A stretch of DNA of 64,000 nucleotides from Eledone cirrhosa (GCA_964016885.1 OZ024740.1:279186001-279250000), one strand, 5' to 3'. Positions 24,175 through 38,900 are shown, counted from the stretch's first letter. Notes: generated from the letters alone by a model not told the origin. Made by a program: numbers and translations.

Positions 24175-27100
24175 TCAAGGAGAGATAATTTCCAGCCGTC
24201 CAAGGGAAGATAATTTCCAGCCGTCCAAGGAGACATATTTTCCAGCCGTCCAAGGCGAGGTAATTTCTAGCCGTCCAAGGGGAGATAAATTCCAGCCTCC
24301 AAGGGGAGATAATTTCCAGCCAGCCAAGGGGAGATAATTTGTAAAAAAATCAGGGGGAGATAATTTGTAAAAAATATCAGGGAGATAATTTGTAAAAAAA
24401 AATCAGGGGGAGATAATTTGTAAAAAAAATCAGGGGGAGATAATTTGTAAAAAAAAATCAGGGGGAGATAATTTGTAAAAAAAATCAAGGGGAGATAATT
24501 TCCAGCCGTCCAAGGGGAGATAATTTTCAGCCGTCCAAGGAGAGGTAATTTCTAGCCGTCCGAGGAGAGATAATTTCCAGCCGTCCAAGGGGAGATAATT
24601 TCCAGCCGTCCAAGGGGAGATAATTTCCAGCCGTCCAAGGAGACATATTTTCCAGCCGTCCAAGGAGAGGTAATTTCTAGCCGTCCAAGGGGAGATAAAT
24701 TCCAGCCTCCAAGGGGAGATAATTTCCAGCCAGCCAAGGGGAAATAATTTGTAAAAAAATCAGGGGGAGATAATTTGCAAAAAAAATCAGGGGGAGATAA
24801 TTTGTAAAAAAAATCAGGGGGAGATAATTTGTAAAAAATAATCAGGGGGAGATAATTTCCAGCCGTCCAAGGGGAGATAATTTAAAAAAAAATCAGGCGG
24901 AGATAATTTGTAAAAAAAAATCAGGGGGAGATAATTTGTAAAAAAAAATCAGGGGGAGATAATTTGTAAAAAAAATCAAGGGGAGATAATTTCCAGCCGT
25001 CCAAGGGGAGATAATTTTCAGCCGTCCAAGGGGAGATAATTTCCCGCCAGCCAAGGGAAGATAATATTTAAAAAAATCAGGGGGAGATAATTTGTAAAAA
25101 AAATCAGGGGGAGATAATTTGTAAAAAAAAATCAGGGGGAGATAATTTGTAAAAAAAAATCAGGGTGAGATAATTTGCAAAAAAAATCAGGGGGAGATAA
25201 TTTGTAAAAAAAAATCAGGGGTAGATAATTTGTAAAAAAAAATCAGGGGGAGATAATTTGTAAAAAAAAATCAGGGGGAGATAATTTGTAAAAAAAATCA
25301 AGGGGAGATAATTTCCAGCCGTCCAAGGAGAGATAATTTAAAAAAAAATCAGGCGGAGATAATTTGTAAAAAAAAATCAGGGGGAGATAATTTGTAAAAA
25401 AAATCAGGGGGAGATAATTTGTAAAAAAAAATCAGGGGTAGATAATTTGTAAAAAAAAATCAGGGGGAGATAATTTGTAAAAAAAAATCAGGAGGAGATA
25501 ATTTGTAAAAAAAATCAAGGGGAGATAATTTCCAGCCGTCCAAGGAGAGATAATTTTAAAAAAAATCAGGCGGAGATAATTTGTAAAAAAAAATCAGGGG
25601 GAGATAATTTGTAAAAAAAAATCAGGGGGAGATAATTTGTAAAAAAAATCAAGGGGAGATAATTTCCAGCCGTCCAAGGGGAGATAATTTTCAGCCGTCC
25701 AAGGGGAGATAATTTCCCGCCAGCCAAGGGAAGATAATATTCAAAAAAATCAGGCGGAGATAATTTGTAAAAAAAATCAGGGGGAGATAATTTGTAAAAA
25801 AATCAGGGGGAGATAATTTGTAAAAAAAAAAATCAGGGGGAGATAATTTGTAAAAAAAATCAGGGGGAGATAATTTGTAAAAAAAAATCAGGGGTAGATA
25901 ATTTGTAAAAAAAAATCAGGGGGAGATAATTTGTAAAAAAAAATCAGGGGGAGATAATTTGTAAAAAAAATGAAAGGGGAGATAATATCCAGCCGTCCAA
26001 GGGGAGATAATTTCCAGCCGTCCAAGGGGAGATAATTTCCAGCCGTCCAAGGGGAGATAATTTCCATCCTTCCAAGGGGATATAATTTCCAGCCGTCCAA
26101 GGGGAGATAATTTCCATCCTTCCAAGGGGATATAATTTCCAGCCGTCCAAGGGGAGATAATTTTCAGCCGTCCAAGGAGAGGTAATTTCTAGCCGTCCAA
26201 GGAGAGATAATTTCCAGCCGTCCAAGGGGAGATAATTTCCAGCCGTCCAAGGGGAGATAATTTCCAGCCGTCCAAGGAGACATATTTTCCAGCCGTCCAA
26301 GGAGAGGTAATTCCTAGCCGTCCAAGGGGAGATAAATTCCAGCCTCCAAGGGGAGATAATTTGTAAAAAAAATCAGGGGGAGATAATTTGTAAAAAAAAT
26401 CAGGGGGAGATAATTTGTAAAAAAAATCAGGGGGAGATAATTTGTAAAAAAAAATCAGGGGTAGATAATTTGTAAAAAATAATCAGGGGGAGATAATTTG
26501 TAAAAAAAATCAAGGGGAGATAATTTCCAGCCGTCCAAGGGGAGATAATTTTCAGCCGTCCAAGGGGAGATAATTTCCCGCCAGCCAAGGGAAGATAATA
26601 TTTAAAAAAATTAGGCGGAGATAATTTGTAAAAAAAATCAGGGGGAGATAATTTGTAAAAAAATCAGGGGGAGATAATTTGTAAAAAAAATCAGGGGGAG
26701 ATAATTTGTAAAAAAAATCAGGGGGAGATAATTTGTAAAAAAAAATCAGGGGGAGATAATTTGTAAAAAAAATCAAGGGGAGATAATTTCCAGCCGTCCA
26801 AGGGAAGATAATTTCCAGCCCTCCAAGGGGCTATAATTTCCAGCGTCCAAGGGGAGATAATTTCCAGCCAGCGAAGGGGAGATAATTTTTTTTAAAAAAT
26901 CATTGGGAGATTTGTAAAAAAAATCAGGGGGAGATAATTTGTAAAAAAAATCAAGGGGAGATAATTTCCAGCCGTCCAAGGGGAGGTAATATCTAGCCGT
27001 CCAAGGGGAGATAATTTCCAGCCGTCCAAGGGGAGATAATTTCCAGCCGTCCAAGGGTAGATAATATCCAGCCGTCCAAGGACATATTTTCCAGCCGTCC

Positions 27101-30100
27101 AAGGAGAGGTAATTTCTAGCCGTCCAAGGGGAGATAAATTCCAGCCTCCAAGGTGAGATAATTTCCAGCCAGCCAAGGGGAGATAATTTGTAAAAAAATC
27201 AGGGGGAGATAATTTGTAAAAAAAATCAGGGGGAGATAATTTGTAAAAAAAAATCAGGGGGAGATAATTTGTAAAAAAAAATCAGGGGGAGATAATTTCC
27301 AGCCGTCCAAGGGGAGATAATTTTCAGCCGTCCAAGGGGAGATAATTTCCCGCCAGCCAAGGGAAGATAATATTTGAAAAAATCAGGCGGAGATAATTTG
27401 TAAAAAAAATCAGGGGGAGATAATTTGTAAAAAAATCAGGGGGAGATAATTTGTAAAAAAAAAATCATGGGGAGATAATTTGTAAAAAAAATCAGGGGGA
27501 GATAATTTGTAAAAAAAAATCAGGGGTAGATAAATTGTAAAAAAAAATCAGGGGGAGATAATTTGTAAAAAAAATCAGCGGGAGATAATTTGTAAAAAAA
27601 ATGAAAGGGGAGATAATATCCAGCCGTCCAAGGGGAGATAATTTCCAGCCGTCCAAGGGGAGATAATTTCCAGCCGTCCAAGGGGAGATAATTTCCATCC
27701 TTCCAAGGGGATATAATTTCCAGCCGTCCAAGGGGAGATAATTTCCCGCCAGCCAAGGGAAGATAATTTTTAAAAAAATCAGGCGGAGATTGTAAAAAAA
27801 ATCAGGGGGGAGATAATTTGTAAAAAAATCAGGGGGAGATAATTTGTAAAAAAAAATCAGGGGGAGATAATTTGTAAAAAATAATCAGGGGGAGATAATT
27901 TGTAAAAAAAAATCAAGGGGAGATAATTTCCAGCCGTCCAAGGGGAGGTAATATCTAGCCGTCCAAGGGGAGATAATTTCCAGCCGTCCAACGGGAGATA
28001 ATTTCCAGCCGTCCATGGGTAGATAATATCCAGCCGCCCAAGGACATATTTTCCAGCCGTCCAAGGAGAGGTAATTTCTAGCCGTCCAAGGGGAGATAAT
28101 TACAGCCGTCCAAGGGTAGATAATATCCAGCCGTCCAAGGACATATTTTCCAGCCGTCCAAGGAGAGGTAATTTCTAGCCGTCCAAGGGGAGATAAATTC
28201 CAGCCTCCAAGGGGAGATAATTTCCAGCCAGCCAAGAGGAGATAATTTGTAAAAAAATCAGGGGGAGATAATTTGTAAAAAAAATCAGGGGGAGATAATT
28301 TGTAAAAAAAAATCAGGGGGAGATAATTTGTAAAAAAAAATCAGGGGGAGATAATTTGCAAAAAAAATCAGGGGGAGATAATTTGTAAAAAAAAATCAGG
28401 GGTAGATAATTTGTAAAAAAAAATCAGGGGGAGATAATTTGTAAAAAAAAATCAGGGGGAGATAATTTGTAAAAAAAATCAAGGGGAGATAATTTCCAGC
28501 CGTCCAAGGGAAGATAATTTCCAGCCCTCCAAGGGGCTATAATTTCCAGCGTCCAAGGGGAGATAATTTCCAGCCAGCGAAGGGGAGATAATTTTTTTTA
28601 AAAAATCATTGGGAGATTTGTAAAAAAAATCAGGGGGAGATAATTTGTAAAAAAAATCAAGGGGAGATAATTTCCAGCCGTCCAAGGGGAGGTAATATCT
28701 AGCCGTCCAAGGGGAGATAATTTCCAGCCGTCCAACGGGAGATAATTTCCAGCCGTCCATGGGTAGATAATATCCAGCCGCCCAAGGACATATTTTCCAG
28801 CCGTCCAAGGAGAGGTAATTTCTAGCCGTCCAAGGGGAGATAATTTCCAGCCGTCCATGGGTAGATAATATCCAGCCGCCCAAGGACATATTTTCCAGCC
28901 GTCCAAGGAGAGGTAATTTCTAGCCGTCCAAGGGGAGATAATTTCCAGCCGTCCAAGGGTAGATAATATCCAGCCGTCCAAGGACATATTTTCCAGCCGT
29001 CCAAGGAGAGGTAATTTCTAGCCGTCCAAGGGGAGATAAATTCCAGCCTCCAAGGGGAGATAATTTCCAGCCAGCCAAGGGGAGATAATTTGTAAAAAAA
29101 TCAGGGGGAGATAATTTGTAAAAGAAATCAGGGGGAGATAATTTGTAAAAAAAAATCAGGGGGAGATAATTTGTAAAAAAAAATCAGGGGGAGATAATTT
29201 GCAAAAAAAATCAGGGGGAGATAATTTGTAAAAAAAAATCAGGGGTAGATAATTTGTAAAAAAAAATCAGGGGGAGATAATTTGTAAAAAAAAATCAGGG
29301 GGAGATAATTTGTAAAAAAAATCAAGGGGAGATAATTTCCAGCCGTCCAAGGAGAGATAATTTTAAAAAAAATCAGGCGGAGATAATTTGTAAAAAAAAA
29401 TCAGGGGGAGATAATTTGTAAAAAAAATCAGGGGGAGATAATTTGTAAAAAAAAATCAGGGGGAGATAATTTGTAAAAAAAAATCAGGGGGAGATAATTT
29501 GTAAAAAAAAAATCAGGGGGAGATAATTTGTAAAAAGAATCAGGGGGAGATAATTTGTAAAAAAAAATCAGGGGTAGATAAATTGTAAAAAAAAATCAGG
29601 GGGAGATAATTTGTAAAAAAAATCAGGGGGAGATAATTTGTAAAAAAAATGAAAGGGGAGATAATATCCAGCCGTCCAAGGGGAGATAATTTCCAGCCGT
29701 CCAAGGGGAGATAATTTCCAGCCGTCCAAGGGGAGATAATTTCCATCCTTCCAAGGGGATATAATTTCCAGCCGTCCAAGGGGAGATAATTTCCCGCCAG
29801 CCAAGGGAAGATAATTTTTAAAAAAATCAGGCGGAGATTGTAAAAAAAATCAGGGGGGAGATAATTTGTAAAAAAATCAGGGGGAGATAATTTGTAAAAA
29901 AAAATCAGGGGGAGATAATTTGTAAAAAATAATCAGGGGGAGATAATTTGTAAAAAAAAATCAAGGGGAGATAATTTCCAGCCGTCCAAGGGGAGATAAT
30001 TTCCCGCCAGCCAAGGGAAGATAATATTTAAAAAAATTAGGCGGAGATAATTTGTAAAAAAAATCAGGGGGAGATAATTTGTAAAAAAATCAGGGGGAGA

Positions 30101-30669
30101 TAATTTGTAAAAAAATTCATGGGGAGATAATTTGTAAAAAAAAATCAGGGGTAGATAATTTGTAAAAAAAAATCAGGGGGAGATAATTTGTAAAAAAAAA
30201 TCAGGGGGAGATAATTTGTAAAAAAAATCAAGGGGAGATAATTTCCAGCCGTCCAAGGGGAGATAATTTTCAGCCGTCCAAGGAGAGGTAATTTCTAGCC
30301 GTCCAAGGGGAGATAATTTCCAGCCGTCCAAGGGGAGGTAATTTCCAGCCGTCCAAGGGGAGATAATTTAAAAAAAAAAATCAGGCGGAGATAATTTGTA
30401 AAAAAAATCAAGGGGAGATAATTTGCAGCCGTCCAAGGGGAGATAATTTTCAGTCGTCCAAGGAGAGGTAATTTCTAGCCGTCCAAGGGGAGATAATTGC
30501 CAGCCGTCCAAGGGGAGATAATTTCCAGCCGTCCAAGGGGAGATAATTTTTTTTAAAAAATCAGGCGGAGATAATTTGTAAAAAAAATCAGGGGGAGATA
30601 ATTTGTAAACAAAATCAGGGGGAGATAATTTGTAAAAAAAAATCAGGGGGAGATAATTTGTAAAAAAAA
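24175..30669 (+). repeat. Recombinant HOR unit, 6,495 bp
   Basis: Variant anchor 24175 to anchor 30670. It lacks the ttaggcgtag module but contains an extra block marked by ccatgggtag and aattacagcc at 27.9-29.1 kb. Confidence 0.6.
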
Positions 30670-32347
30670 TCATGGAGAGATAATTTCCAGCCGTCCAAGG
30701 TGAGATAATTTCCAGCCGTCCAAGGAGACATATTTTCCAGCCGTCCAAGGCGAGGTAATTTCTAGCCGTCCAAGGGGAGATAAATTCCAGCCTCCAAGGG
30801 GAGATAATTTCCAGCCAGCCAAGTGGAGATAATTTGTAAAAAAATCAGGGGGAGATAATTTGTAAAAAATATCAGGGAGATAATTTGTAAAAAAAAATCA
30901 GGGGGAGATAATTTGTAAAAAAAATCAGGGGGAGATAATTTGTAAAAAAAAATCAGGGGGAGATAATTTGTAAAAAAAATCAAGGGGAGATAATTTCCAG
31001 CCGTCCAAGGGGAGATAATTTTCAGCCGTCCAAGGGGAGATAATTTCCCGCCAGCCAAGGGAAGATAATATTTAAAAAAATCAGGCGGAGATAATTTGTA
31101 AAAAAAATCAGGGGGAGATAATTTGTAAAAAAATCAGGGGGAGATAATTTGTAAAAAAAAAATCAGGGGGAGATAATTTGTAAAAAAAATCAGGGGGAGA
31201 TAATTTGTAAAAAAAAATCAGGGGTAGATAATTTGTAAACAAAAATCAGGGGGAGATAATTTGTAAAAAAAAATCAGGGGGAGATAATTTGTAAAAAAAA
31301 TGAAAGGGGAGATAATATCCAGCCGTCCAAGGGGAGATAATTTCCAGCCGTCCAAGGGGATATAATTTCCAGCCGTCCAAGGGGAGATAATTTCCATCCT
31401 TCCAAGGGGATATAATTTCCAGCCGTCCAAGGGGAGATAATTTCCCGCCAGCCAAGGGAAGATAATTTTTAAAAAAATCAGGCGGAGATTGTAAAAAAAA
31501 TCAGGGGGGAGATAATTTGTAAAAAAATCAGGGGGAGATAATTTGTAAAAAAAAATCAGGGGGAGATAATTTGTAAAAAATAATCAGGGTGAGATAATTT
31601 GTAAAAAAAAATCAAGGGGAGATAATTTCCAGCCGTCCAAGGGGAGATAATTTCCCGCCAGCCAAGGGAAGATAATATTTAAAAAAATTAGGCGGAGATA
31701 ATTTGTAAAAAAAATCAGGGGGAGATAATTTGTAAAAAAATCAGGGGGAGATAATTTGTAAAAAAAATCAGGGGGAGATAATTTGTAAAAAAATTCATGG
31801 GGAGATAATTTGTAAAAAAAAATCAGGGGTAGATAATTTGTAAAAAAAAATCAGGGGGAGATAATTTGTAAAAAAAAATCAGGGGGAGATAATTTGTAAA
31901 AAAAATCAAGGGGAGATAATTTCCAGCCGTCCAAGGGGAGATAATTTTCAGCCGTCCAAGGAGAGGTAATTTCTAGCCGTCCAAGCGGAGATAATTTCCA
32001 GCCGTCCAAGGGGAGGTAATTTCCAGCCGTCCAAGGGGAGATAATTTAAAAAAAAAAATCAGGCGGAGATAATTTGTAAAAAAAATCAAGGGGAGATAAT
32101 TTGCAGCCGTCCAAGGGGAGATAATTTTCAGTCGTCCAAGGAGAGGTAATTTCTAGCCGTCCAAGGGGAGATAATTGCCAGCCGTCCAAGGGGAGATAAT
32201 TTCCAGCCGTCCAAGGGGAGATAATTTTTTTTAAAAAATCAGTCGGAGATAATTTGTAAAAAAAATCAGGGGGAGATAATTTGTAAACAAAATCAGGGGG
32301 AGATAATTTGTAAAAAAAAATCAGGGGGAGATAATTTGTAAAAAAAA
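30670..32347 (+). repeat. Local tandem duplication, 1,678 bp
   Basis: Pseudo-ORF pairs 30368/32046, 30762/32440 and 31246/32924 are all offset by 1,678. Confidence 0.8.
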
Positions 32348-35300
32348 TCATGGAGAGATAATTTCCAGCCGTCCAAGGTGAGATAATTTCCAGCCGTCCA
32401 AGGAGACATATTTTCCAGCCGTCCAAGGCGAGGTAATTTCTAGCCGTCCAAGGGGAGATAAATTCCAGCCTCCAAGGGGAGATAATTTCCAGCCAGCCAA
32501 GTGGAGATAATTTGTAAAAAAATCAGGGGGAGATAATTTGTAAAAAATATCAGGGAGATAATTTGTAAAAAAAAATCAGGGGGAGATAATTTGTAAAAAA
32601 AATCAGGGGGAGATAATTTGTAAAAAAAAATCAGGGGGACATAATTTGTAAAAAAAATCAAGGGGAGATAATTTCCAGCCGTCCAAGGGGAGATAATTTT
32701 CAGCCGTCCAAGGGGAGATAATTTCCCGCCAGCCAAGGGAAGATAATATTTAAAAAAATCAGGCGGAGATAATTTGTAAAAAAAATCAGGGGGAGATAAT
32801 TTGTAAAAAAATCAGGGGGAGATAATTTGTAAAAAAAAAATCAGGGGGAGATAATTTGTAAAAAAAATCAGGGGGAGATAATTTGTAAAAAAAAATCAGG
32901 GGTAGATAATTTATAAACAAAAATCAGGGGGAGATAATTTGTAAAAAAAAATCAGGGGGAGATAATTTGTAAAAAAAATGAAAGGGGAGATAATATCCAG
33001 CCGTCCAAGGGGAGATAATTTCCAGCCGTCCAAGGGGATATAATTTCCAGCCGTCCAAGGGGAGATAATTTCCATCCTTCCAAGGGGATATAATTTCCAG
33101 CCGTCCAAGGGGAGATAATTTCCCGCCAGCCAAGGGAAGATAATTTTTAAAAAAATCAGGCGGAGATTGTAAAAAAAATCAGGGGGGAGATAATTTGTAA
33201 AAAAATCAGGGGGAGATAATTTGTAAAAAATAATCAGGGGGAGATAATTTGTAAAAAAATTCAAGGGGAGATAATTTCCAGCCGTCCAAGGGGAGATAAT
33301 TTCCCGCCAGCCAAGGGAAGATAATATTTAAAAAAATTAGGCGGAGATAATTTGTAAAAAAATCAGGGGGAGATAATTTGTAAAAAAAATCAGGGGGAGA
33401 TAATTTGTAAAAAAAATCATGGGGAGATAATTTGTAAAAAAAAATCAGGGGTAGATAATTTGTAAAAAAAAATCAGGGGGAGATAATTTGTAAAAAAAAA
33501 TCAGGGGGAGATAATTTGTAAAAAAAAATCAAGGGGAGATAATATCCAGCCGTCCAAGGAGAGATAATTTAAAAAAAAAATGAGGCGGAGATAATTTGTA
33601 AAAAAAAAATCAGGGGGAGTTAATTTGTAAAAAAAAATGAGGGGGAGATAATTTGTAAAAAAAATCAAGGGGAGATAATTTCCAGCCGTCCAAGGGGAGA
33701 TAATTTTCAGCCGTCCAAGGAGAGGTAATTTCTAGCCGTCCAAGGGGAGATAATTTCCAGCCGTCCAAGGGGAGGTAATTTCCAGCCGTCCAAGGGGAGA
33801 TAATTTAAAAAAAAAAATCAGGCGGAGATAATTTGTAAAAAAAATCAAGGGGAGATAATTTGCAGCCGTCCAAGGGGAGATAATTTTCAGTCGTCCAAGG
33901 AGAGGTAATTTCTAGCCGTCCAAGGGGAGATAATTTCCAGCCGTCCAAGGGGAGATAATTTCCAGCCGTCCAAGGGGAGATAATTTTTTTAAAAAAATCA
34001 GGCGGAGATAATTTGTAAAAAAAATCAGGGGGAGATAATTTGTAAACAAAATCAGGGGGAGATAATTTGTAAAAAAAAATCAGGGGGAGATAATTTGTAA
34101 AAAAAATTAGGCGTAGATAATTTGTAAAAAAAAATCAGGGGGAGATAATTTGTAAAAAAAAATCAGGGGGAGATAATTTGTTTAAAAAATCAAGGGGAGA
34201 TAATTTGCAGCCGTCCAAGGGGAGATAATTTTCAGCCGTCCAAGGAGAGGTAATTTCTAGCCGTTCAAGGGGAGATAATTTCCAGCCGTCCAAGGGGAGA
34301 TAATTTCCAGCCGTCCAAGGGGAGATAATTTTTTTTAAAAAATCAGGCGGAGATAATTTGTAAAAAAAAATCAGGGGGAGATAATTCGTAAAAAAAAATC
34401 AGGGGGAGATAATTTGTAAAAAAAAATCAGGGGGAGATAATTTGTAAAAAAAATCAAGGGGAGATAATTTCCAGCCGTCCAAGGGGAGGTAATATCTAGC
34501 CGTCCAAGGGGAGATAATTTCCAGCCGTCCAAGGGGAGATAATTTCCAGCCGTCCAAGGGGAGATAATTTCCAGCCGTCCAAGGAGACATATTTTCCAGC
34601 CGTCCAAGGCGAGGTAATTTCTAGCCGTCCAAGGGGAGATTAATTCCAGCCTCCAAGGGGAGATAATTTCCAGCCAGCCAAGGGGAGATAATTTGTAAAA
34701 AAATCAGGGGGAGATAATTTGTAAAAAATATCAGGGAGATAATTTGTAAAAAAAAATCAGGGGGAGATAATTTGTAAAAAAAATCAGGGGGAGATAATTT
34801 GTAAAAAAAAATCAGGGGGAGATAATTTGTAAAAAAAATCAAGGGGAGATAATTTCCAGCCGTCCAAGGGGAGATAATTTTCAGCCGTCCAAGGGGAGAT
34901 AATTTCCCGCCAGCCAAGGGAAGATAATATTTAAAAAAATCAGGCGGAGATAATTTGTAAAAAAAATCAGGGGGAGATAATTTGTAAAAAAATCAGGGGG
35001 AGATAATTTGTAAAAAAAAAATCAGGGGGAGATAATTTGTAAAAAAAATCAGGGGGAGATAATTTGTAAAAAAAAATCAGGGGTAGATAAATTGTAAAAA
35101 AAAATCAGGGGGAGATAATTTGTAAAAAAAATCAGGGGGAGATAATTTGTAAAAAAAATGAAAGGGGAGATAATATCCAGCCGTCCAAGGGGAGATAATT
35201 TCCAGCCGTCCAAGGGGAGATAATTTCCAGCCGTCCAAGGGGAGATAATTTCCATCCTTCCAAGGGGATATAATTTCCAGCCGTCCAAGGGGAGATAATT

Positions 35301-35993
35301 TCCCGCCAGCCAAGGGAAGATAATATTTAAAAAAATTAGGCGGAGATAATTTGTAAAAAAAATCAGGGGGAGATAATTTGTAAAAAATCAGGGGGAGATA
35401 ATTTGTAAAAAAAATCAGGGGGAGATAATTTGTAAAAAAAATCATGGGGAGATAATTTGTAAAAAAAAATCAGGGGTAGATAATTTGTAAAAAAAAATCA
35501 GGGGGAGATAATTTGTAAAAAAAAATCAGGGGGAGATAATTTGTAAAAAAAATCAAGGGGAGATAATTTCCAGCCGTCCAAGGGGAGATAATTTTCAGCC
35601 GTCCAAGGAGAGGTAATTTCTAGCCGTCCAAGGGGAGATAATTTCCAGCCGTCCAAGGGGAGGTAATTTCCAGCCGTCCAAGGGGAGATAATTTTAAAAA
35701 AAAAATCAGGCGGAGATAATTTGTAAAAAAAATCAAGGGGAGATAATTTGCAGCCGTCCAAGGGGAGATAATTTTCAGTCGTCCAAGGAGAGGTAATTTC
35801 TAGCCGTCCAAGGGGAGATAATTGCCAGCCGTCCAAGGGGAGATAATTTCCAGCCGTCCAAGGGGAGATAATTTTTTTTAAAAAATCAGGCGGAGATAAT
35901 TTGTAAAAAAATCAGGGGGAGATAATTTGTAAACAAAATCAGGGGGAGATAATTTGTAAAAAAAAATCAGGGGGAGATAATTTGTAAAAAAAA
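32348..35993 (+). repeat. Half-length HOR unit, 3,646 bp
   Basis: Anchor 32348 to anchor 35994. Modules recur about 3.65-3.72 kb later (32440/36086, 34371/38094). Confidence 0.7.
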
Positions 35994-38900
35994 TCATGGA
36001 GAGATAATTTCCAGCCGTCCAAGGGGAGATAATTTCCAGCCGTCCAAGGAGACATATTTTCCAGCCGTCCAAGGCGAGGTAATTTCTAGCCGTCCAAGGG
36101 GAGATAAATTCCAGCCTCCAAGGGGAGATAATTTCCAGCCAGCCAAGTGGAGATAATTTGTAAAAAAATCAGGGGGAGATAATTTGTAAAAAATATCAGG
36201 GAGATAATTTGTAAAAAAAAATCAGGGGGAGATAATTTGTAAAAAAAATCAGGGGGAGATAATTTGTAAAAAAAAATCAGGGGGAGATAATTTGTAAAAA
36301 AAATCAAGGGGAGATAATTTCCAGCCGTCCAAGGGGAGATAATTTTCAGCCGTCCAAGGGGAGATAATTTCCCGCCAGCCAAGGGAAGATAATATTTAAA
36401 AAAATCAGGCGGAGATAATTTGTAAAAAAAATCAGGGGGAGATAATTTGTAAAAAAATCAGGGGGAGATAATTTGTAAAAAAAAAATCAGGGGGAGATAA
36501 TTTGTAAAAAAAATCAGGGGGAGATAATTTGTAAAAAAAAATCAGGGGTAGATAATTTGTAAACAAAAATCAGGGGGAGATAATTTGTAAAAAAAAATCA
36601 GGGGGAGATAATTTGTAAAAAAAATGAAAGGGGAGATAATATCCAGCCCTCCAAGGGGAGATAATTTCCAGCCGTCCAAGGGGATATAATTTCCAGCCGT
36701 CCAAGGGGAGATAATTTCCATCCTTCCAAGGGGATATAATTTCCAGCCGTCCAAGGGGAGATAATTTCCCGCCAGCCAAGGGAAGATAATTTTTAAAAAA
36801 ATCAGGCGGAGATTGTAAAAAAAATCAGGGGGGAGATAATTTGTAAAAAAATCAGGGGGAGATAATTTGTAAAAAATAATCAGGGGGAGATAATTTGTAA
36901 AAAAATTCAAGGGGAGATAATTTCCAGCCGTCCAAGGGGAGATAATTTCCCGCCAGCCAAGGGAAGATAATATTTAAAAAAATCAGGCGGAGATTGTAAA
37001 AAAAATCAGGGGGGAGATAATTTGTAAAAAAATCAGGGGGAGATAATTTGTAAAAAAAATCAGGGGGAGATAATTTGTAAAAAAATCAGGGGGAGATAAT
37101 TTGTAAAAAAAATCAGGGGGAGATAATTTGTAAAAAAAATCATGGGGAGATAATTTGTAAAAAGAAATCAGGGGTAGATAATTTGTAAAAAAAAATCAGG
37201 GGGAGATAATTTGTAAAAAAAAATCAGGGGGAGATAATTTGTAAAAAAAATCAAGGGGAGATAATATCCAGCCGTCCAAGGAGAGATAATTTTAAAAAAA
37301 AATGAGGCGGAGATAATTTGTAAAAAAAAAAATCAGGGGGAGTTAATTTGTAAAAAAAAATGAGGGGGAGATAATTTGTAAAAAAAATCAAGGGGAGATA
37401 ATTTCCAGCCGTCCAAGGGGAGATAATTTTCAGCCGTCCAAGGAGAGGTAATTTCTAGCCGTCCAAGGGGAGATAATTTCCAGCCGTCCAAGGGGAGGTA
37501 ATTTCCAGCCGTCCAAGGGGAGATAATTTAAAAAAAAAAATCAGGCGGAGATAATTTGTAAAAAAAATCAAGGGGAGATAATTTGCAGCCGTCCAAGGGG
37601 AGATAATTTTCAGTCGTCCAAGGAGAGGTAATTTCTAGCCGTCCAAGGGGAGATAATTTCCAGCCGTCCAAGGGGAGATAATTTCCAGCCGTCCAAGGGG
37701 AGATAATTTTTTTTAAAAAATCAGGCGGAGATAATTTGTAAAAAAAATCAGGGGGAGATAATTTGTAAACAAAATCAGGGGGAGATAATTTGTAAAAAAA
37801 AATCAGGGGGAGATAATTTGTAAAAAAAATTAGGCGTAGATAATTTGTAAAAAAAAATCAGGGGGAGATAATTTGTAAAAAAAAATCAGGGGGAGATAAT
37901 TTGTTTAAAAAATCAAGGGGAGATAATTTGCAGCCGTCCAAGGGGAGATAATTTTCAGCCGTCCAAGGAGAGGTAATTTCTAGCCGTTCAAGGGGAGATA
38001 ATTTCCAGCCGTCCAAGGGGAGATAATTTCCAGCCGTCCAAGGGGAGATAATTTTTTTTTAAAAATCAGGCGGAGATAATTTGTAAAAAAAAATCAGGGG
38101 GAGATAATTCGTAAAAAAAAATCAGGGGGAGATAATTTGTAAAAAAAAATCAGGGGGAGATAATTTGTAAAAAAAATCAAGGGGAGATAATTTCCAGCCG
38201 TCCAAGGGGAGGTAATATCTAGCCGTCCAAGGGGAGATAATTTCCAGCCGTCCAAGGGGAGATAATTTCCAGCCGTCCAAGGGGAGATAATTTCCAGCCG
38301 TCCAAGGAGACATATTTTCCAGCCGTCCAAGGCGAGGTAATTTCTAGCCGTCCAAGGGGAGATAAATTCCAGCCTCCAAGGGGAGATAATTTCCAGCCAG
38401 CCAAGGGGAGATAATTTGTAAAAAAATCAGGGGGAGATAATTTGTAAAAAATATCAGGGAGATAATTTGTAAAAAAAAATCAGGGGGAGATAATTTGTAA
38501 AAAAAATCAGGGGGAGATAATTTGTAAAAAAAAATCAGGGGGAGATAATTTGTAAAAAAAATCAAGGGGAGATAATTTCCAGCCGTCCAAGGGGAGATAA
38601 TTTTCAGCCGTCCAAAGAGAGGTAATTTCTAACCGTCCGAGGAGAGATAATTTCCAGCCGTCCAAGGGGAGATAATTTCCAGCCGTCCAAGGGGAGATAA
38701 TTTCCAGCCGTCCAAGGAGACATATTTTCCAGCCGTCCAAGGAGAGGTAATTTCTAGCCGTCCAAGGGGAGATAAATTCCAGCCTCCAAGGGGAGATAAT
38801 TTCCAGCCAGCCAAATGGAGATAATTTGTAAAAAAATCAGGGGGAGATAATTTGCAAAAAAAATCAGGGGGAGATAATTTGTAAAAAATAATCAGGGGGA

